Below, piece by piece: positions 35,767-45,464 of a DNA stretch of 64,000 bases. The DNA is taken from sequence record NC_027399.1; one strand, given 5' to 3'. The notes beneath the pieces were generated by a model. It saw only the letters and a program-made list of their open reading frames with translations. It was not told the DNA's origin and did not search any database. A program made the translations under genes and the position numbers. Positions within the stretch are counted from its first letter, which is position 1. Each line of letters begins with the position of its first letter.

Positions 35767-35822
35767 ATGTTACGTAGCATTTAAATAAATCTACCACATA
35801 ATAAAAAAATCAAGGAAGAAAA

Positions 35823-37628
35823 ATGAATTCAAATAAATTATATGAAGATATTGAAAATTTTATTAATAATACAAATAAAGATATTACTACTGAAAATGCT
35901 AATAAAGATGCCAAAGTAGTTAATACACATAGAGATTTATTTGCTGGTATCCTTTCTAAACATTACGCCCAAGATACTATCCCAGAAGAATTTATTAAAT
36001 GGCACAATGATGGTTATGGACACTGCCACGATTTAGATTACTGGATCTCACCACTAACAAATTGCTGCCTTATTAATTATCCAGATATGCTTAGAAATGG
36101 TTTTAAAATTGGTAGTGCTAACATTGAAGAACCAAAAAGTTTTTCTGTGGCTTGTACGGTACTAACACAGATTGTGCAAGCGGTTGCAAGTTCACAATAT
36201 GGTGGACAATCATTAGCTCACATTGACAAATATTTAGAACCATATGTTCAAATGTCATGGAATAAACTATTAGAAAAACAAAAGAAATATAATTTAAGTA
36301 CCGAATTCATTGAAGACGAATTAAAAAAAGAAGTTTATGATGGGTGTCAAACATTTTTATATCAATTAAACAGTACTGTGTCCGTGTCAGGTCAAACCCC
36401 TTTCATATCTATTAGTTTAGGTTTAAGTACTACTAAATTTGGACGTTTAATTACTGAACAATATTTAAAAGTTCATGAAAAAGGTTTAGGTAAAGATGGC
36501 ATTACTCCAGTATTTCCGAAAGTTATTTTCTTTTTAGAAGATGGTATTAATACTAATAGTACTGATCCAAATTATGATTTAAAACAACAAGCATTACATT
36601 GTAGTTCTAAAAGAATTTATCCTGATTTCGTTAGTGTTACATTGAATAAAGAAACCACAGGTAGTACTTCTGAAGCTGTTACTCCAATGGGTTGTCGTTC
36701 ATTCCTTTCCAAATGGATAAATGAAGATGGTGAAGAGCAATATAATGGCCGTTGTAATTTAGGGGTGGCATCAATCAACCTACCGTTAATTGCTCTTGAA
36801 AGTACGTCAGACGCCGTTTTCTTTGACAAGTTACACCATCACATGGACATGGCATACCGCTTCTTATCACTTCGTGTAGAGCGTTTAAAAGACACAAAAG
36901 CCCGACAGAATCCAGTACTGTACATGTACGGAGCCTTAGCTCGTTTAGATCCAGATGAGACTATTGAGCAACTATTTTACAATGGTAGAAGTTCCATTAG
37001 TATTGGGTATGTTGGTTTATCTGAATGTTCTGAAATTCTTAAAGGAAAAATAGACAAAGATTTTGGATTAAAAGTACTAAAATATATGCAAATGAAATGC
37101 AATCAATATAAAGAAGAAACTAATATCGCATATAGTTTATATGGAACACCAGCCGAGAGTTTGTGTTATAAATTTGCAAAAGCTATAAATGAGAAATACC
37201 CCTCTGTATTGAATAGAGATTACATTAGTAATTCATTCCATTATCCAGTTCATTATGATATTTCAATTTTTGATAAATTTCAATATGAAAGTTTATTTGG
37301 AAATATCAGTTCAGGTGGTAATATTAGTTATGTTGAAACTCCAAATCTTTCTAATAATTTAAAAGCATTAGAAACAATAGTTGATTATGCTAGTACGAAA
37401 GTACAATATTTCGGTATAAATCAACCAGTGGATCACTGCTATGAATGTGGATATGATGGACAATTCAACGTAGATAAAAATGGATATAATTGCCCACACT
37501 GTGGTAATAATGATGAAAGTACTATATCAGTTATTAGACGTGTTTCAGGTTATCTTGGTGCACCAAATAGTCGTCCGTTCAATAAGGGAAAACAAGCCGA
37601 AGTAATTGAAAGAATTAAACACCAATAA
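35823..37628 (+). CDS. nrdD: Anaerobic (class III) ribonucleoside-triphosphate reductase
   Basis: [42 protein letters not shown], CxxC...CxxC and RRVSGYLG. Confidence 0.95.
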   Translation: MNSNKLYEDIENFINNTNKDITTENANKDAKVVNTHRDLFAGILSKHYAQDTIPEEFIKWHNDGYGHCHDLDYWISPLTNCCLINYPDMLRNGFKIGSANIEEPKSFSVACTVLTQIVQAVASSQYGGQSLAHIDKYLEPYVQMSWNKLLEKQKKYNLSTEFIEDELKKEVYDGCQTFLYQLNSTVSVSGQTPFISISLGLSTTKFGRLITEQYLKVHEKGLGKDGITPVFPKVIFFLEDGINTNSTDPNYDLKQQALHCSSKRIYPDFVSVTLNKETTGSTSEAVTPMGCRSFLSKWINEDGEEQYNGRCNLGVASINLPLIALESTSDAVFFDKLHHHMDMAYRFLSLRVERLKDTKARQNPVLYMYGALARLDPDETIEQLFYNGRSSISIGYVGLSECSEILKGKIDKDFGLKVLKYMQMKCNQYKEETNIAYSLYGTPAESLCYKFAKAINEKYPSVLNRDYISNSFHYPVHYDISIFDKFQYESLFGNISSGGNISYVETPNLSNNLKALETIVDYASTKVQYFGINQPVDHCYECGYDGQFNVDKNGYNCPHCGNNDESTISVIRRVSGYLGAPNSRPFNKGKQAEVIERIKHQ

Positions 37629-37638
37629 GGAGTCAATT

Positions 37639-38001
37639 ATGACAATTAAAGCAAAACAAATTTTATCCGGCGAACATACTGGAACAATCTTTTTACACGA
37701 TGATGAATATGCACGTATTTTAGTATCAAAAACATTTTCAGAAGATGATGAAGTATTATTCAGTACTTTTGAAAATGAAGAAATGCGTGAAGTTGATATT
37801 CAAGAACAACCAAAAATTGAAGGTGGTCAACATTTAAATGTAAATGTATTATCACGTTCTCAATTAGAAGAAGCACAGAAATTTCCTGAAAAATATCCTC
37901 AACTTACTATTCGTGTTTCTGGATATGCAGTTCGTTTTAATTCTCTTACGAAAGAACAACAAAATGATGTAATTTCACGAACTTTCACTACTAAGTTCTA
38001 A
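37639..38001 (+). CDS. grcA: Autonomous glycyl radical cofactor (GrcA/YfiD type)
   Basis: [11 protein letters not shown]...[31 protein letters not shown]; SD AAGGAG. Confidence 0.93.
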   Translation: MTIKAKQILSGEHTGTIFLHDDEYARILVSKTFSEDDEVLFSTFENEEMREVDIQEQPKIEGGQHLNVNVLSRSQLEEAQKFPEKYPQLTIRVSGYAVRFNSLTKEQQNDVISRTFTTKF

Positions 38002-38005
38002 TCTA

Positions 38006-38353
38006 ATGTTTTTTGAATATGATGATGAAAATATATATCCAATTGTGGTTAATAAGTATAAAGAACCATATGATGTATATATTGGAAGAGGTTCAAAATG
38101 GGGTAATCCGTTTACTCACATAAAAAATCGTGATACGAAAGCTGAGTTTATTGTCAATACCAGAGAAGAATCTATTTCAAAATATAGAGAATGGATATTT
38201 AATAAAATTGAAAATGGTGAAATTACCATTGATGAGTTACTAGAATTATCTGGTAAAAAATTAGGATGTTTTTGTAAGCCTAAATCATGTCATGGTGATG
38301 TTCTTGTGGAAATAGTGAGTGCGTTATTAGATGAATTATCAAACAATAATTAA
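38006..38353 (+). CDS. DUF4326-like protein
   Basis: DVYIGRGSKWGNPF...L.GK.LGCFCKPKSCHGDVL. Confidence 0.8.
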   Translation: MFFEYDDENIYPIVVNKYKEPYDVYIGRGSKWGNPFTHIKNRDTKAEFIVNTREESISKYREWIFNKIENGEITIDELLELSGKKLGCFCKPKSCHGDVLVEIVSALLDELSNNN

Positions 38354-38801
38354 AGATGACTTAATAAATGGGGAGGGAGTTAGATGCTCCCTTTTTGTTT
38401 CGGGTTGTTCAATGGGTTGTAAAAATTGCTACAATGAAAAAGCATGGGATTATAGAAGCGGTACTGAATTCGGTACTGAACATGTCGAGCTTATACTAAA
38501 CGAATTATCTAAATCATATATATCAGGATTATCATTACTTGGTGGTGATCCACTTATGCCTAAAAATTTCAGTACTGTGATTGAACTTTGTAAAATTGTT
38601 AAAGAACAGTATCCTGACAAAAATATTTGGTGTTGGAGTGGTTACACACTTGATGAAATTATAAATAATCATGCGGCCCCTGTATTAGAATATATTGATG
38701 TTCTAATTGATGGAAAATTCAAAGAAGAACTAAAAGATTTATCTCTACCATATAGAGGCTCTAGAAATCAACGTATTTTATATAAAGGGAAAGATTTTTG
38801 A
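38331..38801 (+). CDS. nrdG: Anaerobic RNR activating enzyme (radical SAM)
   Basis: NGEGVRCSLFVSGCSMGCKNCYN (CxxxCxxC), GGDP and RGSRNQ. Confidence 0.93.
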   Translation: MNYQTIIKDDLINGEGVRCSLFVSGCSMGCKNCYNEKAWDYRSGTEFGTEHVELILNELSKSYISGLSLLGGDPLMPKNFSTVIELCKIVKEQYPDKNIWCWSGYTLDEIINNHAAPVLEYIDVLIDGKFKEELKDLSLPYRGSRNQRILYKGKDF

Positions 38802-38962
38802 TGAAATATAGTGATCTAATTACTGAAAAAATTCGTAAACGTGGTGATAAATGGGAAGTGACCGATAGTACTGGTAAAAAGGTATTAGGTACACACCCAA
38901 CACGTGAAGAAGCACTTAAACAACTCCGTGCAGTAGAATGGTCTAAGCACAGTGGTAAATAA
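38801..38962 (+). CDS. Small basic protein (53 aa, not in track)
   Basis: MKYSDLITEKIRKRGDKWEVTDSTGKKVLGTHPTREEALKQLRAVEWSKHSGK; TGATG coupling. Confidence 0.7.
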   Translation: MKYSDLITEKIRKRGDKWEVTDSTGKKVLGTHPTREEALKQLRAVEWSKHSGK

Positions 38963-38963
38963 T

Positions 38964-38989
38964 AAAAGCCTCCATATGGAGGCTTTTTT
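38964..38989. terminator. Bidirectional terminator
   Basis: AAAAGCCTCC-atat-GGAGGCTTTTTT. Confidence 0.85.
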
Positions 38990-38990
38990 A

Positions 38991-41201
38991 TTAGCTATTG
39001 AATGATATTACATAATCAAAATCAGCGTGGAAAGAAAAATCAAAAGTTCCTGCTGGATGTGAAAATGAGGTTCCTGCACTATCTTTTAAAATTGTTAATA
39101 CATCAGTACTTGGAGTAACTAATGGTATTAATGTCACACCAGTTGCCTGTGGAGTAAACACACTACCTTTTGTATATCCAGTTTGAATTGAGCTTGAAAT
39201 AAATGGTAAACCAGATATTCTAAATGGTCCAGCCGTATTAATAGTCAAATTACTATTTCTCAATCTTATATGTATTCTGATTATATCACCGAATCTGTGA
39301 TATATACCAGTTGCTTCCGTTAGAGTTATATAACTTCCTGCAATTTGAAGTACAGGAGTAAATGTTCCATAATCATATTTAAATTGTGCATTTGATGAAG
39401 TGAATACCAACGGTTGAACAAATGCATATGAACTATTGAAAACGTATTTGCTTACCCAACTATTTTTAAACTCCTGAAGGGTTAACATTGAATAACTACT
39501 AGTATCATCTGATCTTCTATATTGTCTATGTATTTGACCACCAGTAACAATTGGGTTTATTTCATTTGAGACTGATTGTTGAACATGTCCAGATCTAGTA
39601 ACATCCATACAACCAATATTACCTCTACATACCATTGCTGGGAAGAAATTTTGTGAAGGATCCCAAGGGTCTACGTTATCTACATTAAAACGATTACCGG
39701 TTGTATTACCGGCAGCATAATTGATTATACCAACTCTTTCTAAAATTACATTTCCTATTTTACTATTACCTACCCATGAACCTGATTGTGATGTATGATA
39801 AAATGGAGTTCTCGGAGACCACATTATTTTGGCTTCTAAAATATTACAATTTAATATTTCACGACCATATCTTGAATATACAGTTTTGGCACGACCTGTT
39901 ATTCCTTTATATTCACCCAACGGCCATACACCAGTTTGTTTATTATTTGATAATCTACCACCATTTGCGGTTGTTATGGAATTAGCAGTTTTAAAAAAAT
40001 ATGTATTAAAAAAATTATCCAGTGAAGAATATGCAGTATGCGTGAAATTAAGACTTGTATCACCATAATAGTGATATTTTTCAGTGAAACTAGAATCATT
40101 CCATCCTGCTCTATAAATGTCTGATGCAGGATATGGTGGTAAATAAGTTGATGCATAAGCATAGTTTCTTGTTAGCCATTGCCCACCAAATACATCACCT
40201 GCTATATTATACCATAATTTAATAAATCCTCTTTCAACTGCGTCTTCACCTTGAAATATCCCGGTTATTCCACAACTTGAAATTTGTAAATTATCCTCAG
40301 TTGAAAATGCACTAATTCCTTCACATAATCTACCAATCATAAATCCTGATATATTTAAATCATGCATATGATATCTTACATAACCATCTTTTCCAGAATC
40401 ACCAGAAATAAAAACACCAATTGTTCCATTTAAATCATATGGCCCACTAGTTTTGCTCCAATTACCACGAATACCAGTAGTTTGCATATTTGTTCCAATT
40501 ATAACAGAATCGTTGTATAGTCTAATTGCTGCCCTCATTGTATAAATTGGTTCTGGATCTATATTTTGATCAGTTCCGGCAGTTATCCATCCCGGATAAA
40601 CAGTACCGTCATCTCTTGGTAATTCATAAGTTTGTGGAAATGTTATACATGGATATCTTTGTGACAATACAACTGGTAAATTATTAGTTTTTCCATAATC
40701 AATTGCCGCTTGTAAATAAGGAACTGCATCTAATGTAGTTCCATGTATATATTTTTCATTATTAATGACAAACATTTCTGGAGTTATAAATTTTAATGCA
40801 TCTTTTAATACTCCACCAGTATCAAGTGTTATATTATTTGAAATATTATCCAAATTTTTTTGTACTGATAACCCGTTACTAGTTCCAATTTTACCAGCAG
40901 CATCATCATTAGAAAGAATAATTTGTTCTAAAATATTAATTTGATATGATGATATATTAGTTACTATAATAATAGTTGATTCATCTACAATATTCCAAGA
41001 ATCAACCATCCCTGTTTCATTCCCATTAAGTTTCCAAATTGTTTCAGTACTGGAATCATATACAAATTTTAAACCAGCAATATCTAGTCCATCTTCTAAA
41101 TATTTTACTTCCTCAATTTTTGACCCAGTAATTCTTGCTATGCTTTGTATATTAGTTTCTTTAGAAACTGAACCTTTCGGTTGTATTAAACTATTTGTCA
41201 T
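38991..41201 (-). CDS. Tailspike / putative capsule depolymerase (QPKGS N-terminal type), 736 aa
   Basis: N-terminus LIQPKGSVSKETN; D...LQAAID head motif; beta-helix-like body. Confidence 0.85.
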   Translation of the reverse strand: MTNSLIQPKGSVSKETNIQSIARITGSKIEEVKYLEDGLDIAGLKFVYDSSTETIWKLNGNETGMVDSWNIVDESTIIIVTNISSYQINILEQIILSNDDAAGKIGTSNGLSVQKNLDNISNNITLDTGGVLKDALKFITPEMFVINNEKYIHGTTLDAVPYLQAAIDYGKTNNLPVVLSQRYPCITFPQTYELPRDDGTVYPGWITAGTDQNIDPEPIYTMRAAIRLYNDSVIIGTNMQTTGIRGNWSKTSGPYDLNGTIGVFISGDSGKDGYVRYHMHDLNISGFMIGRLCEGISAFSTEDNLQISSCGITGIFQGEDAVERGFIKLWYNIAGDVFGGQWLTRNYAYASTYLPPYPASDIYRAGWNDSSFTEKYHYYGDTSLNFTHTAYSSLDNFFNTYFFKTANSITTANGGRLSNNKQTGVWPLGEYKGITGRAKTVYSRYGREILNCNILEAKIMWSPRTPFYHTSQSGSWVGNSKIGNVILERVGIINYAAGNTTGNRFNVDNVDPWDPSQNFFPAMVCRGNIGCMDVTRSGHVQQSVSNEINPIVTGGQIHRQYRRSDDTSSYSMLTLQEFKNSWVSKYVFNSSYAFVQPLVFTSSNAQFKYDYGTFTPVLQIAGSYITLTEATGIYHRFGDIIRIHIRLRNSNLTINTAGPFRISGLPFISSSIQTGYTKGSVFTPQATGVTLIPLVTPSTDVLTILKDSAGTSFSHPAGTFDFSFHADFDYVISFNS

Positions 41202-41227
41202 CTACTTAACCTCATATGTAATTGCAA

Positions 41228-41235
41228 TATTTATA
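41228..41235 (-). promoter_or_regulatory. T4-like late promoter TATAAATA
   Basis: Exact TATAAATA 27 nt upstream of ATG 41201. Confidence 0.7.
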
Positions 41236-41252
41236 ATTCATCAAAACCTTAA

Positions 41253-43208
41253 TTATATTAAAAATAGTCTAATATAACATCTTGTTATTGTTGGTGTTAT
41301 TGGTGATGCTGTTGGATTATATAATGTTACATAAAAAGAGCCATTAATATTATTAGAAACAACTGAACATAGTAAACCATTAATATTTCCATCAAATTTA
41401 GGTTGTGAAAATGATTGTATTAAACCAGTGACACCAATCGTATCAGTGTAACTTTGTAATGCAGATGTGATGGATGCACCAGCGGCAATAGCCCCTGGAT
41501 TAAATGCAAAGTTCCAATCAATATATTTTGAACGTTGTATATATATGCCATCAAATAATATAGAAACGGTACCTGAATTTATGAAACGTAAACTTCCTGC
41601 TCCAATTTGTGATGGTTTTAACTGAAATGTTATAAGTTGCCAACCAGTAGATGCTGTTATAGTACTAGAACCAATATCAGTCGTACCATCAATATTTAAT
41701 TTTAATTCACCATTAGTTCCAGCAGTATCTACACATTTTACACGAGCTTGAATTGTCAATACTGTGTTAGAATCTAAATATTGTTTACCCAATTGAAATC
41801 TTCTAATTTCAACCAATGATGGTACATTCATTGTCGTGTACAATGATGCCATGGTGTCAGTTTGAAACATATTATTACTAGTACCAAACATGTTATGTGC
41901 TGAAATAAAATTTGGATCAATATAATCACCAACAGATGTTATGTTTCCATTACTAGTAAAACAAATAACAGGCTCTATACTTTGCGGTCTAGTACTTGTA
42001 ACATTAAATTGCATATTACCGCTGGCGACCACACCTCTATTATAAAAATTTCCAGATGCTTGTAATTTTCCACCTTCAACTGAACCAAAATATCCAGAAC
42101 AAGATAATGCGTCATTATCAATTAATTTAGTAAGATAAGCACATCCCGAACGCATACGTAATATGCCTTCATAATTATTATGATCAGTTGTGAAATGTGT
42201 AAAACCATTATTTGTTATTCTACATCTTGACATTTGCCCAAAGTCAATAACCGCTTTAGGGGTAATATTAGCACTTGTTGGTGTACCATCCCATTCGAAC
42301 TTATTACGTTCAATCCATATTAAATCTGGATTTGAATTAGTTGATGATTTAATCCAATTCCCACTACTATAACCTAATGTATTATTAGAAAAATGAAAAT
42401 TATTTACATTACTATTTGGAGTTCCAATATAATCATCCATTAATAAAATACCAGTAGTATCACTACCTATTCTTCTGAATAATGTATATTCACATGATGA
42501 TTCCATCATATCACGAGCAATAATTCCCCAGTCAGATATATTTTGAATAGCACAATTATTGATTCTCATATACGACCACGAAGTAACTTTAATTAAAGGT
42601 CCAGTATCAGTACTTGATTCACCTCGAACTTGTAAATTAAATAAACCACCACCCATTGGCCTTGTAGTTTGACCAGTACCATTAAAATGTATACCATAAC
42701 TTGCTGATGCTATTTTTTTAATAGTACTGCCGCCCGTATTAATATTAGAACCAGAATCTCCCCACAAACGTAATGTAGATGTAATATCTAATTCACCTAT
42801 CATAACATCTTTATAAATTTCACGAGGAGGAATATATAAAGATTCTGTCCCAGCTAAAATAGCTTTTTTAAATCTAGTGCTATCATCCGTAGCTGAATCT
42901 GAATCATAATCTAATAAATTTGGTATATTTTTAGTTAAACCATATGAAAATAGAGTATATGTCCCACTTGATGTTGTTAATATACATTTTACTGGATCTG
43001 AAACCCATGAAATCACATTACCATTAATAAAATTTCCGACATATGGTATTTGTGTATTATTATCAATAAAAACTTTTATGGTGGATGTATCAAGTCCAAC
43101 ACTAATATATTGTACTTCATCTATTTTAGTATTAAATTCAATTGCACATGATTTTCTAGATGTGTATCTTGATGTTGAACCTTTTGCTTGTGTTAATTCA
43201 GTAGACAT
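41253..43208 (-). CDS. Tailspike / putative capsule depolymerase (QPKGS type), 651 aa
   Basis: LTQAKGS; DDSTRFKKAI; beta-helix; CBM-like C-terminus. Confidence 0.85.
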   Translation of the reverse strand: MSTELTQAKGSTSRYTSRKSCAIEFNTKIDEVQYISVGLDTSTIKVFIDNNTQIPYVGNFINGNVISWVSDPVKCILTTSSGTYTLFSYGLTKNIPNLLDYDSDSATDDSTRFKKAILAGTESLYIPPREIYKDVMIGELDITSTLRLWGDSGSNINTGGSTIKKIASASYGIHFNGTGQTTRPMGGGLFNLQVRGESSTDTGPLIKVTSWSYMRINNCAIQNISDWGIIARDMMESSCEYTLFRRIGSDTTGILLMDDYIGTPNSNVNNFHFSNNTLGYSSGNWIKSSTNSNPDLIWIERNKFEWDGTPTSANITPKAVIDFGQMSRCRITNNGFTHFTTDHNNYEGILRMRSGCAYLTKLIDNDALSCSGYFGSVEGGKLQASGNFYNRGVVASGNMQFNVTSTRPQSIEPVICFTSNGNITSVGDYIDPNFISAHNMFGTSNNMFQTDTMASLYTTMNVPSLVEIRRFQLGKQYLDSNTVLTIQARVKCVDTAGTNGELKLNIDGTTDIGSSTITASTGWQLITFQLKPSQIGAGSLRFINSGTVSILFDGIYIQRSKYIDWNFAFNPGAIAAGASITSALQSYTDTIGVTGLIQSFSQPKFDGNINGLLCSVVSNNINGSFYVTLYNPTASPITPTITRCYIRLFLI

Positions 43209-43239
43209 TATATAATTTCTCCAAATATAATCTTAATAA

Positions 43240-43275
43240 TATTTATAAAGAAAAAGCCCCCAGAGAGGGGGCTTT
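43240..43275 (-). promoter_or_regulatory. Late promoter TATAAATA abutting the upstream gene's terminator
   Basis: TATAAATA 43240-47; hairpin AAAGCCCCC/GGGGGCTTT 43253-75. Confidence 0.75.
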
Positions 43276-43284
43276 ATTGTTAGT

Positions 43285-45393
43285 TTATCCAGCTAATATA
43301 AAAGAAACCATTCTAGAAACATTAATATTTCCAGTAAATCCAGATACTTGCCATCTTGGTTTACATTTTACAGCACCCACTGGGGCATTGAATGTCCTAG
43401 ATGGTGTAGCAATATATCTACTATTACCATCTGAATAGTTTGGTAATGTTGTATCATTAAAAACAGTTCTCATATTTATTGATGAAGCAGATGAAGTTGA
43501 AATTAAATTGTCATTTACATCATACCAAGCAACTGAAAAAGTACACTGAATATTTCCAGTACTATCTAGTGCCGACAATGATAAATATAGACCTAATCTA
43601 TTTTTTACTGTAACAGGAATAAATGATTTAGTGGCTAAGTTAAAATAACCACCGGCACCAGTGACTTGTAATTGAGTTCCAGCAGTTCCACCTGTTATAA
43701 CTGTAGCAGACATGGCATTTCTATCTACACATGTATAACGTGTGAGTGCATCTAATGTTGCAGTACTGTTTACCACGGTGCCTACAACTTCATCACCCAT
43801 ATTATAACCTTTATTAAGTATCATTGTGTTAGATGGTAGTTGGAAGTAAGGATCTTTAATATATCCATTAATATATAATATAGTTTCATCTGAACACATT
43901 AAACAATCTTCTAGGTAAGGAGTTACTTCATGTCTTTGGTCTAGCCCATTGATATATACTGGGGTAGATTTTGCATCAATATGCAATCTACTAGATGAGT
44001 TAGTTCCAGTCGTATTGCTTCTTAACCTACTCAAATTAGTTATATTGTTCATAATAATAGATCTGTTGGAACCTACACTAGAACTTTGTGGACTTTCTGC
44101 TGAAAGAAGTAAACCATTGTATCCTTCCATATGACAACTCGTAAAGCTTACTTTAGAATATCCCCAAGTTGAAGTTCCATAAAAAACATTACCACTCGTA
44201 AAATCAAAAGAGCAATTAGTGAAATTTACATCAAAACCAGGCTGACTAATTTGAATGTGATTAGTTCTAGAACCACCAATTGTACAATCATTAAAAGTCA
44301 TCCTTTCGCCAGAGTTAGAACTCGTAGTATTAGGTACATAAATTCCAATTATTGTACTTTCTATATGGCAATCGGTTGCTGTAAATAAATAGGTATTTAT
44401 TGAACCAAAGGTTAAACCGTATCTTACCCCTCCTATAGATACACCATATAGAATGACATTTCTAACATCACTCATATTACTGGTATTACCAACAAAAATA
44501 CCATCTACATTTCCATCAAGGGTATTACCTAATACGCGGAAAGTACCTCCAATAGAACCTAGATTCCAACCTTTGTGATATGTTGTACTTATTCCTGACA
44601 CCTTATTTATTATTCTTATAACATAACTATTATCAGGCATACCTGAGCCATCAATTGTCACATTACCAATAGCAACAACAGAAACATAAGAGGGAATATC
44701 AAGTTGTCTTGATGGTTTGTAGGTTCCAGCCTTTAAATAAATAGCTTTTCTCCCATAAAAACCAACATTGGATACATAATTACTAACAATGGCAACAGCA
44801 GCATCCCATGCATCTGAAAAATCAACTGCTGGATTAAGAGCACCAAACCAAGCCATATCGATATAGTTCTCTGGTCTTTTCCATCTTTTTCCTGTTGCAG
44901 TGACAATAACAGTATATCCATCATCGATGGAAGTTACATCAGAAGAATCATAACAAAATATACCACCAGTAGTTGTACCTAATGTTGAATTTATTTGATT
45001 TAAAATAATTTGTTGACCATTTGTGGTTGGTTCTATTGAACGCAGCGAAGTTACAGATGATACTTTTCCTATATTACTATATCCTACTTCTCCTGTAATT
45101 TCTTGTCGCAAGTTAATATCTACTTGAGTTTTAATCAAAGCGAATTGCCCAGATGTAGTTTGTAATGTCAGTGAACCATTAGTAATAATCCATGAAATTG
45201 GAGTTCCAGTGGCTGTACCACGATACCAACAAGTTTCTGTACTTTCATCATATAAAATTGTATAAGGATCTATAAGTACTGAAGTAGATATATATCCTAC
45301 CGCAGTTTTTTTAATTCCAAAAAGACGAGCTATCGCTTCTTTATTTGTTTCTTTTGATATAGAACCTTTTGGCTGTGTTAATTTATTTGCCAT
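43285..45393 (-). CDS. Tailspike / putative capsule depolymerase (QPKGS type), 702 aa
   Basis: LTQPKGSISKETN; WFGA...DFSDAW..A...IYLKAGTY; beta-helix. Confidence 0.87.
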   Translation of the reverse strand: MANKLTQPKGSISKETNKEAIARLFGIKKTAVGYISTSVLIDPYTILYDESTETCWYRGTATGTPISWIITNGSLTLQTTSGQFALIKTQVDINLRQEITGEVGYSNIGKVSSVTSLRSIEPTTNGQQIILNQINSTLGTTTGGIFCYDSSDVTSIDDGYTVIVTATGKRWKRPENYIDMAWFGALNPAVDFSDAWDAAVAIVSNYVSNVGFYGRKAIYLKAGTYKPSRQLDIPSYVSVVAIGNVTIDGSGMPDNSYVIRIINKVSGISTTYHKGWNLGSIGGTFRVLGNTLDGNVDGIFVGNTSNMSDVRNVILYGVSIGGVRYGLTFGSINTYLFTATDCHIESTIIGIYVPNTTSSNSGERMTFNDCTIGGSRTNHIQISQPGFDVNFTNCSFDFTSGNVFYGTSTWGYSKVSFTSCHMEGYNGLLLSAESPQSSSVGSNRSIIMNNITNLSRLRSNTTGTNSSSRLHIDAKSTPVYINGLDQRHEVTPYLEDCLMCSDETILYINGYIKDPYFQLPSNTMILNKGYNMGDEVVGTVVNSTATLDALTRYTCVDRNAMSATVITGGTAGTQLQVTGAGGYFNLATKSFIPVTVKNRLGLYLSLSALDSTGNIQCTFSVAWYDVNDNLISTSSASSINMRTVFNDTTLPNYSDGNSRYIATPSRTFNAPVGAVKCKPRWQVSGFTGNINVSRMVSFILAG

Positions 45394-45421
45394 TATAATT
45401 CTCCAAATATAATTATAATAA

Positions 45422-45458
45422 TATTTATAAATAAAAAGCCCCGATATTGGGGCTTTTT
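45422..45458 (-). promoter_or_regulatory. Late promoter TATAAATA abutting a terminator
   Basis: TATAAATA 45422-29; AAAAAGCCCC/GGGGCTTTTT 45433-58. Confidence 0.75.
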
Positions 45459-45464
45459 ATTTAA

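Noticed and set aside
35767-35822. NrdR box upstream of nrdD
   Set aside because: No convincing match to the acaCwAtATaTwGtgt palindrome.
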